Source: Candidatus Ozemobacteraceae bacterium (GTDB lineage Bacteria; Muiribacteriota; Ozemobacteria; Ozemobacterales; Ozemobacteraceae). From it: 64,000 nucleotides of DNA. The notes beneath the pieces were generated by a model. It made no database searches and had not been told where the DNA came from. It was given only the letters and a program-made list of their open reading frames with translations. Shown here in pieces: positions 38,117 to 47,494 of the stretch. The position numbers and the translations under genes are program-made. Positions within the stretch are counted from its first letter, which is position 1. Every line of letters starts with the position of its first letter. Where the stretch lies: positions 3,008,001 to 3,072,000 of the forward strand of contig OZ223236.1 of assembly GCA_965140445.1 (NCBI GenBank). Direction: 5' to 3'.

Positions 38117-39336
38117 ATGGAAAGAATCAGAGTTAAATATGCTGATGAAAATGGTCAGGCAAGAGAAGATGTTTTCGAGACCCGTTCAGCAGAGGATATG
38201 CGAAAGGCCTTTGAAGATCGCGGATATTATATTCTCCATGAGGAAATGGAGACTCCTGGACTTTTAGCCCAATTAAAACAGACTCTTTCTTCTGGCAATA
38301 AAGTTTCATTAAAAGAATTAAATGAATTTACCAAGCTTTTGCGTACACTGATTAAGGCTGGAATGCCGCTTAATGATGCAATTGATATACTACTTGAAGA
38401 TGATAATGGATCACCACTGAATTCTGCTTTAAGACAGATTCAGGAAGATATTCAGGAAGGGATTTCCTTCAGCCAGGCCTTGGGCCGGCACCCTGATATT
38501 TTTCCCGAAATCTATGTAAAAACGGTTATTGCCGGAGAAAAAGCCGGCGCCCTAGAAAATATTTTGAAAAGATTAACCGAGTATTTCGCCAATTCAATAG
38601 CCATACGCAGGAAGATTATTGCTGCATTGATATATCCAAGTATTTTGCTTCTGGTCTCAACTTTTGCTTGTTACATATATGCTGGTTGCCGTTGTGCCTG
38701 AATTTGCAAATTTGTTCGCAAGCCTGGAAGTTCCTTTGCCGATGATGACTTCAATTTTACTTGATTCATCGCAGTTTATAGGCAATTGGTTCTGGGACCA
38801 TCTCTTTAATTGTCTTTTGTGCTTCGGTGATATTTTTTAACTATTTCAAAACCAAAAAAGGGCAGAAAAACTTTGCTGTTTTAAAGTCTAAACTTCCAAT
38901 TGTAAAAAGCCTTGAAGAAAAATATGGCTATAGTCAGTTTTCAAGAACTCTTTCAACAATGGTTTCTGGTGGGATTCCTTTGCTAGATAGTCTTGAAGTT
39001 GTTATTGATAGTTTAGAAAATAGATTGATGGCTGAAAAATTAAATGTTTTGCCACAACTTCTTAAGAGAGGTTTGGGCTTTGGGAAGGCTTTGAAATCGA
39101 TTCATGGAGTTCCTGGCATAATGGTTCGGGTTATTACAGTTGGTGAGGAATCTGGCAATCTGGATGAGATGTTGGAGAACCTTGCGGAACATTATGACGA
39201 AGAAATTTCAGAATTAACTGATACTATTACCTCACTTGTAGAGCCAATACTCTTCCTTAGTATGGCTGTAGTTGTGGGGACTTTGATTATCGCGCTGCTG
39301 TATCCTGTGCTTACGGCTGCTTCCAATATTCATTGA
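38117..39336 (+). pseudogene. pilC: PilC/GspF platform protein interrupted by two +1 frameshifts (real or sequencing error)
   Basis: N-half (AGMPL, GISFSQAL, AGEKAGAL, ALIYP) and C-half (GIPLLDSL, VGEESGNLDEML, LVEP) are bridged in a third frame by VTYMLVAVVPEFANLFASLEVPLP; removing one T near 38669 and one G near 38796 restores a 405-aa ORF. Confidence 0.85.
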
Positions 39337-39350
39337 ACTAGGAAAAAAAT

Positions 39351-41243
39351 ATGGAAAGCTTAACAGACTATTTGGTTAAAAATAAAATTTTGGAAAGAAA
39401 CCTTGCTGAAAAAATGGTTTCTGAATGTAAGGGCGACGTGGATAAGGTTCTGGTAAGCCTTCATAATGACCCAAAAGTCGAAGACAAATTACTTTTAAAA
39501 GCATTTGTAAAATCTTTTAAGAAAAAATCTTTTTGTGAAATACTGGTTGAAGAAGGGTACATTTCAATTGAATTTGTTCAAACTTTAATTGGTGAGTTTG
39601 GTGCTATTCCAGGCAATATAGGTCAAATCCTGGTTGAAAGAAAAGTTATAACCGAAGAAGAATATTCGAAAGCTATTGCTATGGAATTGGGAATTGAATA
39701 TGTAGATCTTGCCCATTATGAAGTAAATGATGAGCTGTTCAATGGAATTGATGTTTCTTTAATGAGAAAATATTGTTTTATTCCACATGAGAAGAAAAGC
39801 CGTGATATCTATCTCATTATGGCAGATCCCGGAAATGTGGATGAAATTGAAGAGCTGGAAGTGCAACTAGGCATGCCTATCCTTCCAATGGTTGCCTCGA
39901 AACAAAGCATTTTAAAACTTCTTACTCTAATGATTGAGACAAGTCTTGATTCCAAGGTTGTTTTTGCCGAATTAGAAAACTTTCCACCGCTTGAAGTCGT
40001 GGAAGAAGAAGAGGATGCGGATGATTCACCTGCTCCTGGCGTGGCGATGACTTCTCAGTTCAATGAAGATGCCCCGGTAATCAGGATGGTCGATGCTATT
40101 ATTTTAAAAGGGGTTCGTAAAAGAGCCAGCGACATACATTTTGAAGTTTATGAATCCCAATTAAAGGTTAAATACAGAATTGATGGGGTTCTTTTCGAAG
40201 TTCTTTCCGATGTGGAGCCCAGACTTCGAGGTCCCATTATTTCAAGGCTCAAAGTAATGGCCGCTCTTGATATTGCTGAAAAGCGTGTTCCACAAGATGG
40301 TCGTTTCAAACTTAAAATTGATGATCGTTTTGTTGATTTTCGTGTTTCTGTTTTACCTTCAATTTATGGTGAAACAGTCGTTTTAAGAATCCTGGATAAA
40401 TCTGCACTAGGATTGGATATTCAAAAACTTGGAATTGACGGTCAGGATCTGTTGATCTTTAAAAGAAACGTTAAGAAACCCTATGGAATGGTTCTTGTAG
40501 CTGGTCCAACTGGATCAGGGAAGACAACCACCCTATATTCTGCAATAAAGTTTGTTCAAACGCCGCGAGATAAGTTTATTACTATTGAAGATCCTGTTGA
40601 ATACCAGCTTCCTGATATTGTTCAAATTGCAGTTAATGAAAAAAAAGGACTTACTTTCAGTTCAGGGCTAAGATCAATTGTCAGACAGGATCCCGATAAA
40701 ATCATGGTGGGCGAAATTCGTGATGCTGAAACTGCTAAGATTGCTATCAATGCAGCTCTTACCGGACACCTTGTTTTTAGCTCAATCCATGCAAATAACG
40801 TAATTGATGCTATTTCCCGCTTAGAAAACATGGAAATTGACCCATATGAATTTGTTAGTTCATTTAACTTGATAATGTCTCAAAGACTTATGAGGATAAA
40901 TTGTAAAAACTGTATTGCTGAAGATAATACCATTACAGATGAAATGAAAGCTTTGACAATTGATTTCAAAGAGTATGAGGATGTTAAATTTATGCGCGGT
41001 CGAGGCTGCAGATATTGTCATGACACTGGTTATCAGGGTAGACAAGGCATTTTCGAAGTGCTCGAACTTTCTCCTGAAATCAAACAGATGATTTTAATGC
41101 ATCAGTCACCACTTGAGATTAGAAGAAAAGCAATAGAACAAGGAATGACCCCTCTTAGAACAGCAGGATGGAAAAAGGTTGAAAAAGGGCAGACTACTTT
41201 TGAAGAAATGAACAGAGTGACTTTTGAAGAGGGGGTTCTATAA
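39351..41243 (+). CDS. pilB: PilB/GspE-family assembly ATPase
   Basis: ASDIHFE, LDIAEKRVPQDGR, GPTGSGKTTTLY, RQDPDKIMVGEIRD, TGHLVFSSIH, Zn motif CKNC...CRYC. Confidence 0.93.
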   Translation: MESLTDYLVKNKILERNLAEKMVSECKGDVDKVLVSLHNDPKVEDKLLLKAFVKSFKKKSFCEILVEEGYISIEFVQTLIGEFGAIPGNIGQILVERKVITEEEYSKAIAMELGIEYVDLAHYEVNDELFNGIDVSLMRKYCFIPHEKKSRDIYLIMADPGNVDEIEELEVQLGMPILPMVASKQSILKLLTLMIETSLDSKVVFAELENFPPLEVVEEEEDADDSPAPGVAMTSQFNEDAPVIRMVDAIILKGVRKRASDIHFEVYESQLKVKYRIDGVLFEVLSDVEPRLRGPIISRLKVMAALDIAEKRVPQDGRFKLKIDDRFVDFRVSVLPSIYGETVVLRILDKSALGLDIQKLGIDGQDLLIFKRNVKKPYGMVLVAGPTGSGKTTTLYSAIKFVQTPRDKFITIEDPVEYQLPDIVQIAVNEKKGLTFSSGLRSIVRQDPDKIMVGEIRDAETAKIAINAALTGHLVFSSIHANNVIDAISRLENMEIDPYEFVSSFNLIMSQRLMRINCKNCIAEDNTITDEMKALTIDFKEYEDVKFMRGRGCRYCHDTGYQGRQGIFEVLELSPEIKQMILMHQSPLEIRRKAIEQGMTPLRTAGWKKVEKGQTTFEEMNRVTFEEGVL

Positions 41244-42322
41244 TGCATCTATATACAGATTTAATAGCTATTGATATTGGAACAGACAGCATTAAGATGG
41301 TTTCAATGGATTATGGCCCCGGAAAGCAAGGCTACAGGGTTGGGAACTTTCAACTTGAAGATATCCCTGAAGGACTCATCGGCGGTGGTTTTACCAACCC
41401 GATTATAAGTGACTTGAATAGCTTTAAGAATTCAATTCAAAAAATGCTAAAGAAGCTCAAAAGCCGAAAAGAAGGATTTATTATAGGCTTGCCCGATAGA
41501 TGGGTAAAAATGCATCTTTTTGAAATGGATCTTAATGAAAACGAAAAGCAGTCACCAGAATATTTATCCTGGCGTCTTGAAAAGAATTTGCCTATTCCTG
41601 AAAATATGTCGGTAATAGTTGATTTTCAGATCCTTGGAAAAATCAATGACACACCGGACTCCAAATATCGGGTTCTTGCTGCAGCTGTAAAAAAGGATAT
41701 TGTAGAAATCCTTTCAAGTTTGACCACAGAGCTTGGTATGGAGGTTATGGCTTTTGATACCTCCACCCTTGGCGTTTACAACTTATTTGAGACTTTGAGA
41801 CCTGAAAGTTGTATTGATAAAACAATTATTCATTGCCATGTGGGCCATGAAACAACAGTGGTTAAAGCATATGGATCTGGTTCCTTGATATACGAGAGGG
41901 TTATAGAAGTTGGTGGAGAAGAATTTACTCACACCTTATCAACTCTTGATCAACTTGATTTTGAAACAGCCACTAAAATTAAGGAAGAGGAAAAGTTTTT
42001 TCCCACAGAAAGAAAGGATATTCCTGAAATGCTTGCAAAAAGGGAAAGAATTGAATCTATTTTTGGAAATTGGCTTAGAGAATTAAATGTAACTTTTCGA
42101 TTTTTTCAGGAGAAATTTAAAACAAGTAAACTCCCTTCAATTATGATAACTGGCGGAGGAGCAAAGTTTGGGGGTATTGCAGAATTTTTAAGTGAGTATC
42201 TTGATACAGATTGCTTTGTTTTTAACCCACTGGCTGAAATTCCATTAGCTGGGAAGCTTGATAAGCATGTTTTTGAATCTGGCCCTATTGCAGCCCCTGG
42301 CATAGGTTTGTTGGTAAAGTGA
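41243..42322 (+). CDS. pilM: PilM-like actin-fold assembly protein
   Basis: IAIDIGTDSIKMV, R.IEVGGEEFT, IMITGGGA, FNP. Confidence 0.85.
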   Translation: MHLYTDLIAIDIGTDSIKMVSMDYGPGKQGYRVGNFQLEDIPEGLIGGGFTNPIISDLNSFKNSIQKMLKKLKSRKEGFIIGLPDRWVKMHLFEMDLNENEKQSPEYLSWRLEKNLPIPENMSVIVDFQILGKINDTPDSKYRVLAAAVKKDIVEILSSLTTELGMEVMAFDTSTLGVYNLFETLRPESCIDKTIIHCHVGHETTVVKAYGSGSLIYERVIEVGGEEFTHTLSTLDQLDFETATKIKEEEKFFPTERKDIPEMLAKRERIESIFGNWLRELNVTFRFFQEKFKTSKLPSIMITGGGAKFGGIAEFLSEYLDTDCFVFNPLAEIPLAGKLDKHVFESGPIAAPGIGLLVK

Positions 42323-42332
42323 GGCTGTAAAA

Positions 42333-42911
42333 ATGAAACATTTTTTGAATATTAAACCCACAGTTGTTTTTAGAAAAGGAAGTAGTTTCTTATTGCGAAC
42401 TTCTTTGGCAATTCTTTTTGGAGTTCCTTTTGTGATTGCTCTTTTTTGGGGATACAAATATTACGCTGCTAATTCAGTCTTATCCATTTATGAAAGCAAC
42501 TTGGAAAACCTAAAGAAAAAAACAACAAAATTCGAGGAAAAAACGAGGAAAGATCTTATAGATAAAGAAGATCTAAATCTTTTAGCTGAAAGATATCTCG
42601 GGTATCGTGCTATTTCTTCAGCTTATCAAACTTCATGGAGCAAATTGTTTCAGAAGTTTGAGGAGCTGTCTCCTGAAGGAATGAAAATAACCAGAATCAG
42701 GATTAAACCTGATAAAGTTGTGAAAATTATGATTCAGGGCAAGGTTGTGGATTTACATAATTTAACCACTTTTTTGAAATCTATGATTAATTCTGACTGT
42801 TTTTTGAATCCAAACTTAAAAAGGCATAGCAGAGCTGGAAATGGCGATGATAAGAGTTTGGTTTTTGATATGGAAGTCGATTATGTTGAAAATGGGGGGG
42901 ACTTTTTCTAA
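42333..42911 (+). CDS. pilN: PilN-like assembly protein
   Basis: LNIKP N-terminal motif, TM, coiled coil, SWSKLF...PEGM.I, FLNPNL. Confidence 0.75.
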   Translation: MKHFLNIKPTVVFRKGSSFLLRTSLAILFGVPFVIALFWGYKYYAANSVLSIYESNLENLKKKTTKFEEKTRKDLIDKEDLNLLAERYLGYRAISSAYQTSWSKLFQKFEELSPEGMKITRIRIKPDKVVKIMIQGKVVDLHNLTTFLKSMINSDCFLNPNLKRHSRAGNGDDKSLVFDMEVDYVENGGDFF

Positions 42912-43441
42912 TGAATCCTAATGAAATGAATAAGTTGAAAGAAAAGGCTCCCTTTGCTTTTATTCTGCTATTATTGGCTGTATTTATTCCTTCAATTTTT
43001 GTTGGCCCAATTGACGATGGACTTGTTCAAAAGGATGATGCCTATAAAACTGCTTTAAAGAAAAGTAAAAAGGCTCTGGATTTAAGTATTAAGGGCAAGG
43101 AAGATTCAAAAAGATTTTCAGAGTTATCCAATGCTCAGGGAAATGTTGAGAATATTTTGCCAGACAGAGGGAATTTACCAGAAATAATAGAGGAGATTCA
43201 TAGTAAAGCTGGAAAAAATAGTGCCCTGATTCGAAATGTTCGTTATGAATTCACCCGAGAAATAGATGGATTTAAGGCTCCGTCTTTTCACATTCAGTTC
43301 CAGATCACTGCAAATTATAAGGATTTCAGGCGATTTATTGCAGAGTTGGAATGCCTGAAATACCCTTTAATTATTCGCGAAATAATTGCAGCAAATAAAA
43401 GCAATTATTCTGTATCAGTACAGCAAATGGTGAAGCTATGA
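42911..43441 (+). CDS. pilO: PilO-like assembly protein
   Basis: TM, coiled coil, LPDRGNLPEII, ANYKDFRRFIAELE. Confidence 0.75.
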   Translation: MNPNEMNKLKEKAPFAFILLLLAVFIPSIFVGPIDDGLVQKDDAYKTALKKSKKALDLSIKGKEDSKRFSELSNAQGNVENILPDRGNLPEIIEEIHSKAGKNSALIRNVRYEFTREIDGFKAPSFHIQFQITANYKDFRRFIAELECLKYPLIIREIIAANKSNYSVSVQQMVKL

Positions 43442-44061
43442 AAGAGAAAAAAGAGGAATTCAGAATAAAAAATCGTGAAGAGATTATTGATACTTTTCAA
43501 CTGAGATTGAAAGAGAAAAAGATCCTGATTTCATTAATAATTCTCTTTTTACTTGCAGGTGGCTATGAATTTAGTGGACCTTTTCTGGGGGGACTTTTTC
43601 AGGAAGAATTTGATATTCCAGAAGTTGGCATGTCCAGAAAAAGGGTTATACCTTCTAAAACCTTACGAAAAGTAAAAAACAATCTAATTGAATGTGGACT
43701 GGAGTTTCCTCAGTTTTATAAATTCTTTCTTAAAGCTGAAAAAGAGATTGAATCCATTTCGATGATGAATAAAACTAATCCTGGATCAGACCTGGCTATT
43801 GAAAAGATGGAAGCGGTTTCCTTAAAGCTTTGGGAGTTTGTTGTGAATCCAGTAACTAGCAAAAGGGAATGCACCGAAAATCTTGAAAAAACTTTAAAAG
43901 ATGTTCTGAAATTTCTAAAACTGGATGCCGGAAAAGATTTTAAAATTACTAAGCTTGTTTTTGAAAAAAAATTCATCCCGGAAATGTCTGAACCTTCAAG
44001 AAACATGTTTGATTTCAAAAATGAAGATGAGTTCAATCTGCTTGAGGTAAATGATGATTAA
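43438..44061 (+). CDS. Hypothetical bitopic membrane protein at the PilP position
   Basis: One TM; C-terminal RNMFDF resembles the RNPF motif; overlaps both neighbours. Confidence 0.6.
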   Translation: MKEKKEEFRIKNREEIIDTFQLRLKEKKILISLIILFLLAGGYEFSGPFLGGLFQEEFDIPEVGMSRKRVIPSKTLRKVKNNLIECGLEFPQFYKFFLKAEKEIESISMMNKTNPGSDLAIEKMEAVSLKLWEFVVNPVTSKRECTENLEKTLKDVLKFLKLDAGKDFKITKLVFEKKFIPEMSEPSRNMFDFKNEDEFNLLEVNDD

Positions 44062-44449
44062 ATGTTTTGAAAAGCATAGCAGGAGAGGTTTTACTTTAAT
44101 TGAAATCCTTGTGGTTTTATCAATTATTGGATTGGCTCTAAGTATTGCTTCTCACAATAATACCAGGGTATTAAAAAACAGCAAAGACGCTGGTTTGATG
44201 GTTAATCTAACTGCTCTCAGAAATGCTGTTTATCAATACAGCCTTAATAATAACGGAAAATTTCCAGACGAGCTTTCTTCCCTTGCACCGGACTTTATAA
44301 AAAATGTTCCAGAAAAATGGGTTGGTAGCAAAGGAAAAGGGATTATTCATTACTCCAGCGATAACGGAACTATTTCTTTATTTGATGAAGAAGGAATTGA
44401 GATCTCTGATTTAAAAGATTCCCGGGGTAGAGCTTATGCTTCCTATTAG
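44051..44449 (+). CDS. GspG-like prepilin
   Basis: RRG|FTLIEILVVLSIIG; L..LRNAVYQY...GKFPDELSSL. Confidence 0.88.
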   Translation: MMIKCFEKHSRRGFTLIEILVVLSIIGLALSIASHNNTRVLKNSKDAGLMVNLTALRNAVYQYSLNNNGKFPDELSSLAPDFIKNVPEKWVGSKGKGIIHYSSDNGTISLFDEEGIEISDLKDSRGRAYASY

Positions 44450-44864
44450 GAACAACTTTGGCTTAACACTAATTGAGCTGATAATAACTACACTAATAAT
44501 TGGCATTCTGTCAGCGACGGCGTTACCATTATCCAAAAACTTTATTCGACATGAAAAAGAGCTTGCCTTAAAAAGAAATTTGCAGACAATAAGAGAGGGA
44601 ATTGATCGATTTTACGCTCGAAAAGAGGCAAAGACTCCTGGGCTTGATTATTCTGAATATTACCCTGAAACACTAGATGTTCTTGTGGAAGAAAGAGTTT
44701 TGAGAAGGATTCCAATTGATCCTTTTACCAAAAAAGCTGATTGGAAAACCCGCTCTTCCTCTGACCCGTTAGATTCAGAAATTTCGGATGGAAAGAATGT
44801 TTTTGACGTTTGTTCCTCTTCAGATGAAATTGCTGCAAATGGTGAAAAATATTCCAGCTGGTAA
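44436..44864 (+). CDS. GspG-like prepilin (T2SS-like pseudopilin)
   Basis: FG|LTLIELII; KELALKRNLQTIREGIDRF, YPETLDVLV..LRRIPIDPFT, C-terminal Y..W. Confidence 0.88.
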   Translation: MLPIRNNFGLTLIELIITTLIIGILSATALPLSKNFIRHEKELALKRNLQTIREGIDRFYARKEAKTPGLDYSEYYPETLDVLVEERVLRRIPIDPFTKKADWKTRSSSDPLDSEISDGKNVFDVCSSSDEIAANGEKYSSW

Positions 44865-44991
44865 CTGTTCATAATTTGCTCAAACTTGATCTTTCATTGA
44901 ACAGTAAGATTGATTTAATCAACATTCCAGTCTGTTTTAAGTAGTTTGCTCCTTAATTTGCACCTAATTGGGCAAAATTTCACAAATAAAG

Positions 44992-45008
44992 TTGGCATCA
45001 AAATTGCT
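44992..45008 (+). promoter_or_regulatory. Sigma-54 (-24/-12) promoter
   Basis: TTGGCATCAAAATTGCT, GG-N10-GC, 38 nt upstream of the AGGAGG-preceded ATG at 45047. Confidence 0.75.
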
Positions 45009-45046
45009 ATAGCCTCTGCAGTAAATTATTTTAGGAGGTTAAAGCA

Positions 45047-45604
45047 ATGAAATTCTCTAAATTTATCAAAACAGTTTTAACCATAATGTTAATTCTTATT
45101 CTTAACTCACAGGTATTTTCAATGGCACAGGATTTGGAAGTTATTTCCTCACAAATAAAAAGTATTTCAGATGACAATGGAACAGTTACTGCCAAGCTTG
45201 ATTGGTTAAGCAGGCCCGGAGAAATGTGTCTTTCAATTGATTATAACGGGTATTTAACCCAGGAAGGCATGGTTAACTTCTATTTAGTGGTTAATGGTGA
45301 AACCCGAGAATTTTTGACCATGAAAAAAGAAAAAAGAAACAGGTCCCAAGGAATTAAAATAATCTCTTTTCACCCTACACAGATTACCAAAGGGGTTAAT
45401 AAACTAGCTCCAATTCCAGATGATACACTTGTGGACTATCTTCTATTTAAAAATGCTCCATATTACTCTTTTTATGGTGAGATAGAAGTGGAAGTTAAAT
45501 TTTTCATTCATGGAAGATGGGATGGTGACGGGAATAAAGGTGATGGAAACTTTGTTTTTAAATTCTCAAACCCCATTAAAGAAAAACCTGAAGACCATTT
45601 TTAA
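45047..45604 (+). CDS. Hypothetical secreted beta-rich protein
   Basis: AGGAGG RBS, signal peptide, own promoter and terminator. Confidence 0.75.
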   Translation: MKFSKFIKTVLTIMLILILNSQVFSMAQDLEVISSQIKSISDDNGTVTAKLDWLSRPGEMCLSIDYNGYLTQEGMVNFYLVVNGETREFLTMKKEKRNRSQGIKIISFHPTQITKGVNKLAPIPDDTLVDYLLFKNAPYYSFYGEIEVEVKFFIHGRWDGDGNKGDGNFVFKFSNPIKEKPEDHF

Positions 45605-45655
45605 ACGATTTTATTTCTTTCCCAGGAAAAGGGCGTTAAGCCCACACCACTTTAC

Positions 45656-45685
45656 AAGTCCCGAGTAAAACTCGGGACTTTTTTT
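45656..45685 (+). terminator. Intrinsic terminator between convergent genes
   Basis: AAGTCCCGAGT/ACTCGGGACTT stem followed by a T run. Confidence 0.8.
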
Positions 45686-46772
45686 ATCTTTTTCCAACTA
45701 ATAACCAGTTTTGTAAATCGCCATTAAGGTGGTCAACATAATATTGCTCAAAATAGTTTGCTGCTGCACATGAGTGGTTTGGAATAATAAAAATCCGGTC
45801 TCCGATTTTCAAATCATGGCCCTGGTTTTCTTTTAAGTCAATAATTCCATGCTCTTCGGAGAGGCGGGAAATTTGCAAATCTTCTTTTCCAACAATCAGA
45901 CCGTGCCCAGAAATTGTTTGTAAGCCATGAGCACCTTTATCTAACCCTAGAGATTTGCTTCCAGCATTAATGACAATTCGATTTTTATAAATTCCAATGA
46001 TTGATGAACATACATAAAGTGAACAATTTTCTTGCTGGCATACGTTTAAAGAGAGTTGCATTGAATCATAAAAAACATAATTTCCTGGGCGACATTCATT
46101 AATCTTGCCGGACTTAGAAGCCAAAAATGCTGTAGGAGTCGATCCAACACTTATTACATCGCAACTTAAACCCGAGGAAACTACAATTTCAGCTGCCTTT
46201 ATAACAGCTTCAGATTCTTCGAGAGCTATCTTTTTTAAATCTTCACTGTTTTTTGCTGAATACGAATGACCTGCGTGTGTAAAAACTCCATCAAGCTTAA
46301 CTTGGGAATTTTCTTTTAAAAACTCAATCAAGGGATCAAGTTCTGAAGTCTCAGGTAAAACACCGCAACGATGATGGCCTGAATCTATCTCTATTCTTAC
46401 ATGTACTTCAAAATTACAGCTTTTAAATATTTCTAAATGCTTTAAAGAATCTACAGCACAAGAAATTCTTATTTTTTTTGTAAGGGATTCGAACCTGTTA
46501 AGTGATGCAGAATCAAAGATGGGGTAGGCCAGAAAGATGTCACTGATTCCGGCCGCACAAAGAACCTCTGCTTCATTGAGGGTTGCGCATGTAATTCCTG
46601 TAGCTCCTGTTTCTATTTGGATTTTGGCTATTTCTATAGATTTATGGGTTTTAAAGTGTGGCTTCAAATTAATCTTTGTGCCTTGAAAAGCAGCCGCCAT
46701 TTTTTCAATATTATTTTTTAGCTCGTTGTAATTTATTAGTAAAAAAGGAGTTGGTATTTTTTTATTAATCAT
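45684..46772 (-). CDS. PLP-dependent D-threonine aldolase / D-serine dehydratase (DSD1-like, fold type III)
   Basis: KPHFKTHK PLP lysine, GHHRCG, THAGHSY, VGSTPT, ECRPGNYVFYD, LSEEHG, IPNHSC; GAGGT RBS favours start 46772. Confidence 0.9.
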   Translation of the reverse strand: MINKKIPTPFLLINYNELKNNIEKMAAAFQGTKINLKPHFKTHKSIEIAKIQIETGATGITCATLNEAEVLCAAGISDIFLAYPIFDSASLNRFESLTKKIRISCAVDSLKHLEIFKSCNFEVHVRIEIDSGHHRCGVLPETSELDPLIEFLKENSQVKLDGVFTHAGHSYSAKNSEDLKKIALEESEAVIKAAEIVVSSGLSCDVISVGSTPTAFLASKSGKINECRPGNYVFYDSMQLSLNVCQQENCSLYVCSSIIGIYKNRIVINAGSKSLGLDKGAHGLQTISGHGLIVGKEDLQISRLSEEHGIIDLKENQGHDLKIGDRIFIIPNHSCAAANYFEQYYVDHLNGDLQNWLLVGKR

Positions 46773-46863
46773 TTGAACCTCAAATTTAATGTACAAAGAA
46801 AATGAGAAAAAATTCAAATTATTTAGTATATTTAGGTTATATGTTTTTCATGGAGGAAAATAA

Positions 46864-47484
46864 ATGCGTATTAAATGGAGTCTTCTTTGCGCTATTTTAT
46901 TAGCTGTTATTTCGTTTTCTTCGGTTGATGCCAGAAATGTTGTTGTACCGACTTATTATGGTTACGGGGTTATTAATTCTTCAGCCGTTGCTGTAAGACC
47001 ATATATAAGTGCATGTGATCCAGTTATGGTTCCCACATATTATGGGGCTGCATACTATGGAAACCCTTATTACCAAGAGGCATATTATCAGGCAGCCTAC
47101 CATAACAGAGCTTATTATCATCGCTCGTATCCGTTAGTTCAAACTTGCTCAACAGCACCAGTAGTTCCAGCTTGGAACGGAATGTTCTGGTATTACCAAT
47201 CAGGCTATAATCTGGCTGCTTCAAGCTGCAATTTAAATATTCGTTCAGCTCCTTATGTTTCAAGCAAGAAGAAAAGCTCAAATATAATTGGGCTGTTAAA
47301 AGGTGGAGAACAGGCATATATTTTGGGCCAGACAGGAAATTGGTATTATGTCCAATCCGTCCACGCACCGCTTAGAAGAGGATATGTTTCAGGTTCGTAT
47401 TTGCGCTTTTATAATAATGCTTTGACCACACCTGCTTACACAGTATATAACCCGGCAACTTATATAAGAACTGCTTGCTGGTAA
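46864..47484 (+). CDS. Secreted Tyr-rich protein with bacterial SH3 domain
   Basis: Signal peptide (VDA-R); LNIRSAP...IIGLL..G.....LG...NWYYV......GYVSGSYL SH3b pattern. Confidence 0.8.
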   Translation: MRIKWSLLCAILLAVISFSSVDARNVVVPTYYGYGVINSSAVAVRPYISACDPVMVPTYYGAAYYGNPYYQEAYYQAAYHNRAYYHRSYPLVQTCSTAPVVPAWNGMFWYYQSGYNLAASSCNLNIRSAPYVSSKKKSSNIIGLLKGGEQAYILGQTGNWYYVQSVHAPLRRGYVSGSYLRFYNNALTTPAYTVYNPATYIRTACW

Positions 47485-47494
47485 AGGATTTAAG

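Noticed and set aside
39351..39700. Possible MshEN c-di-GMP-binding motifs at the PilB N-terminus
   Set aside because: The repeats (SFCEILVEEG, NIGQILVERK) lack the RLG signature, so binding cannot be claimed
44910..44922. FNR-like palindrome TTGAT-TTA-ATCAA
   Set aside because: The spacer is 3 nt, not the 4 nt required for an FNR box
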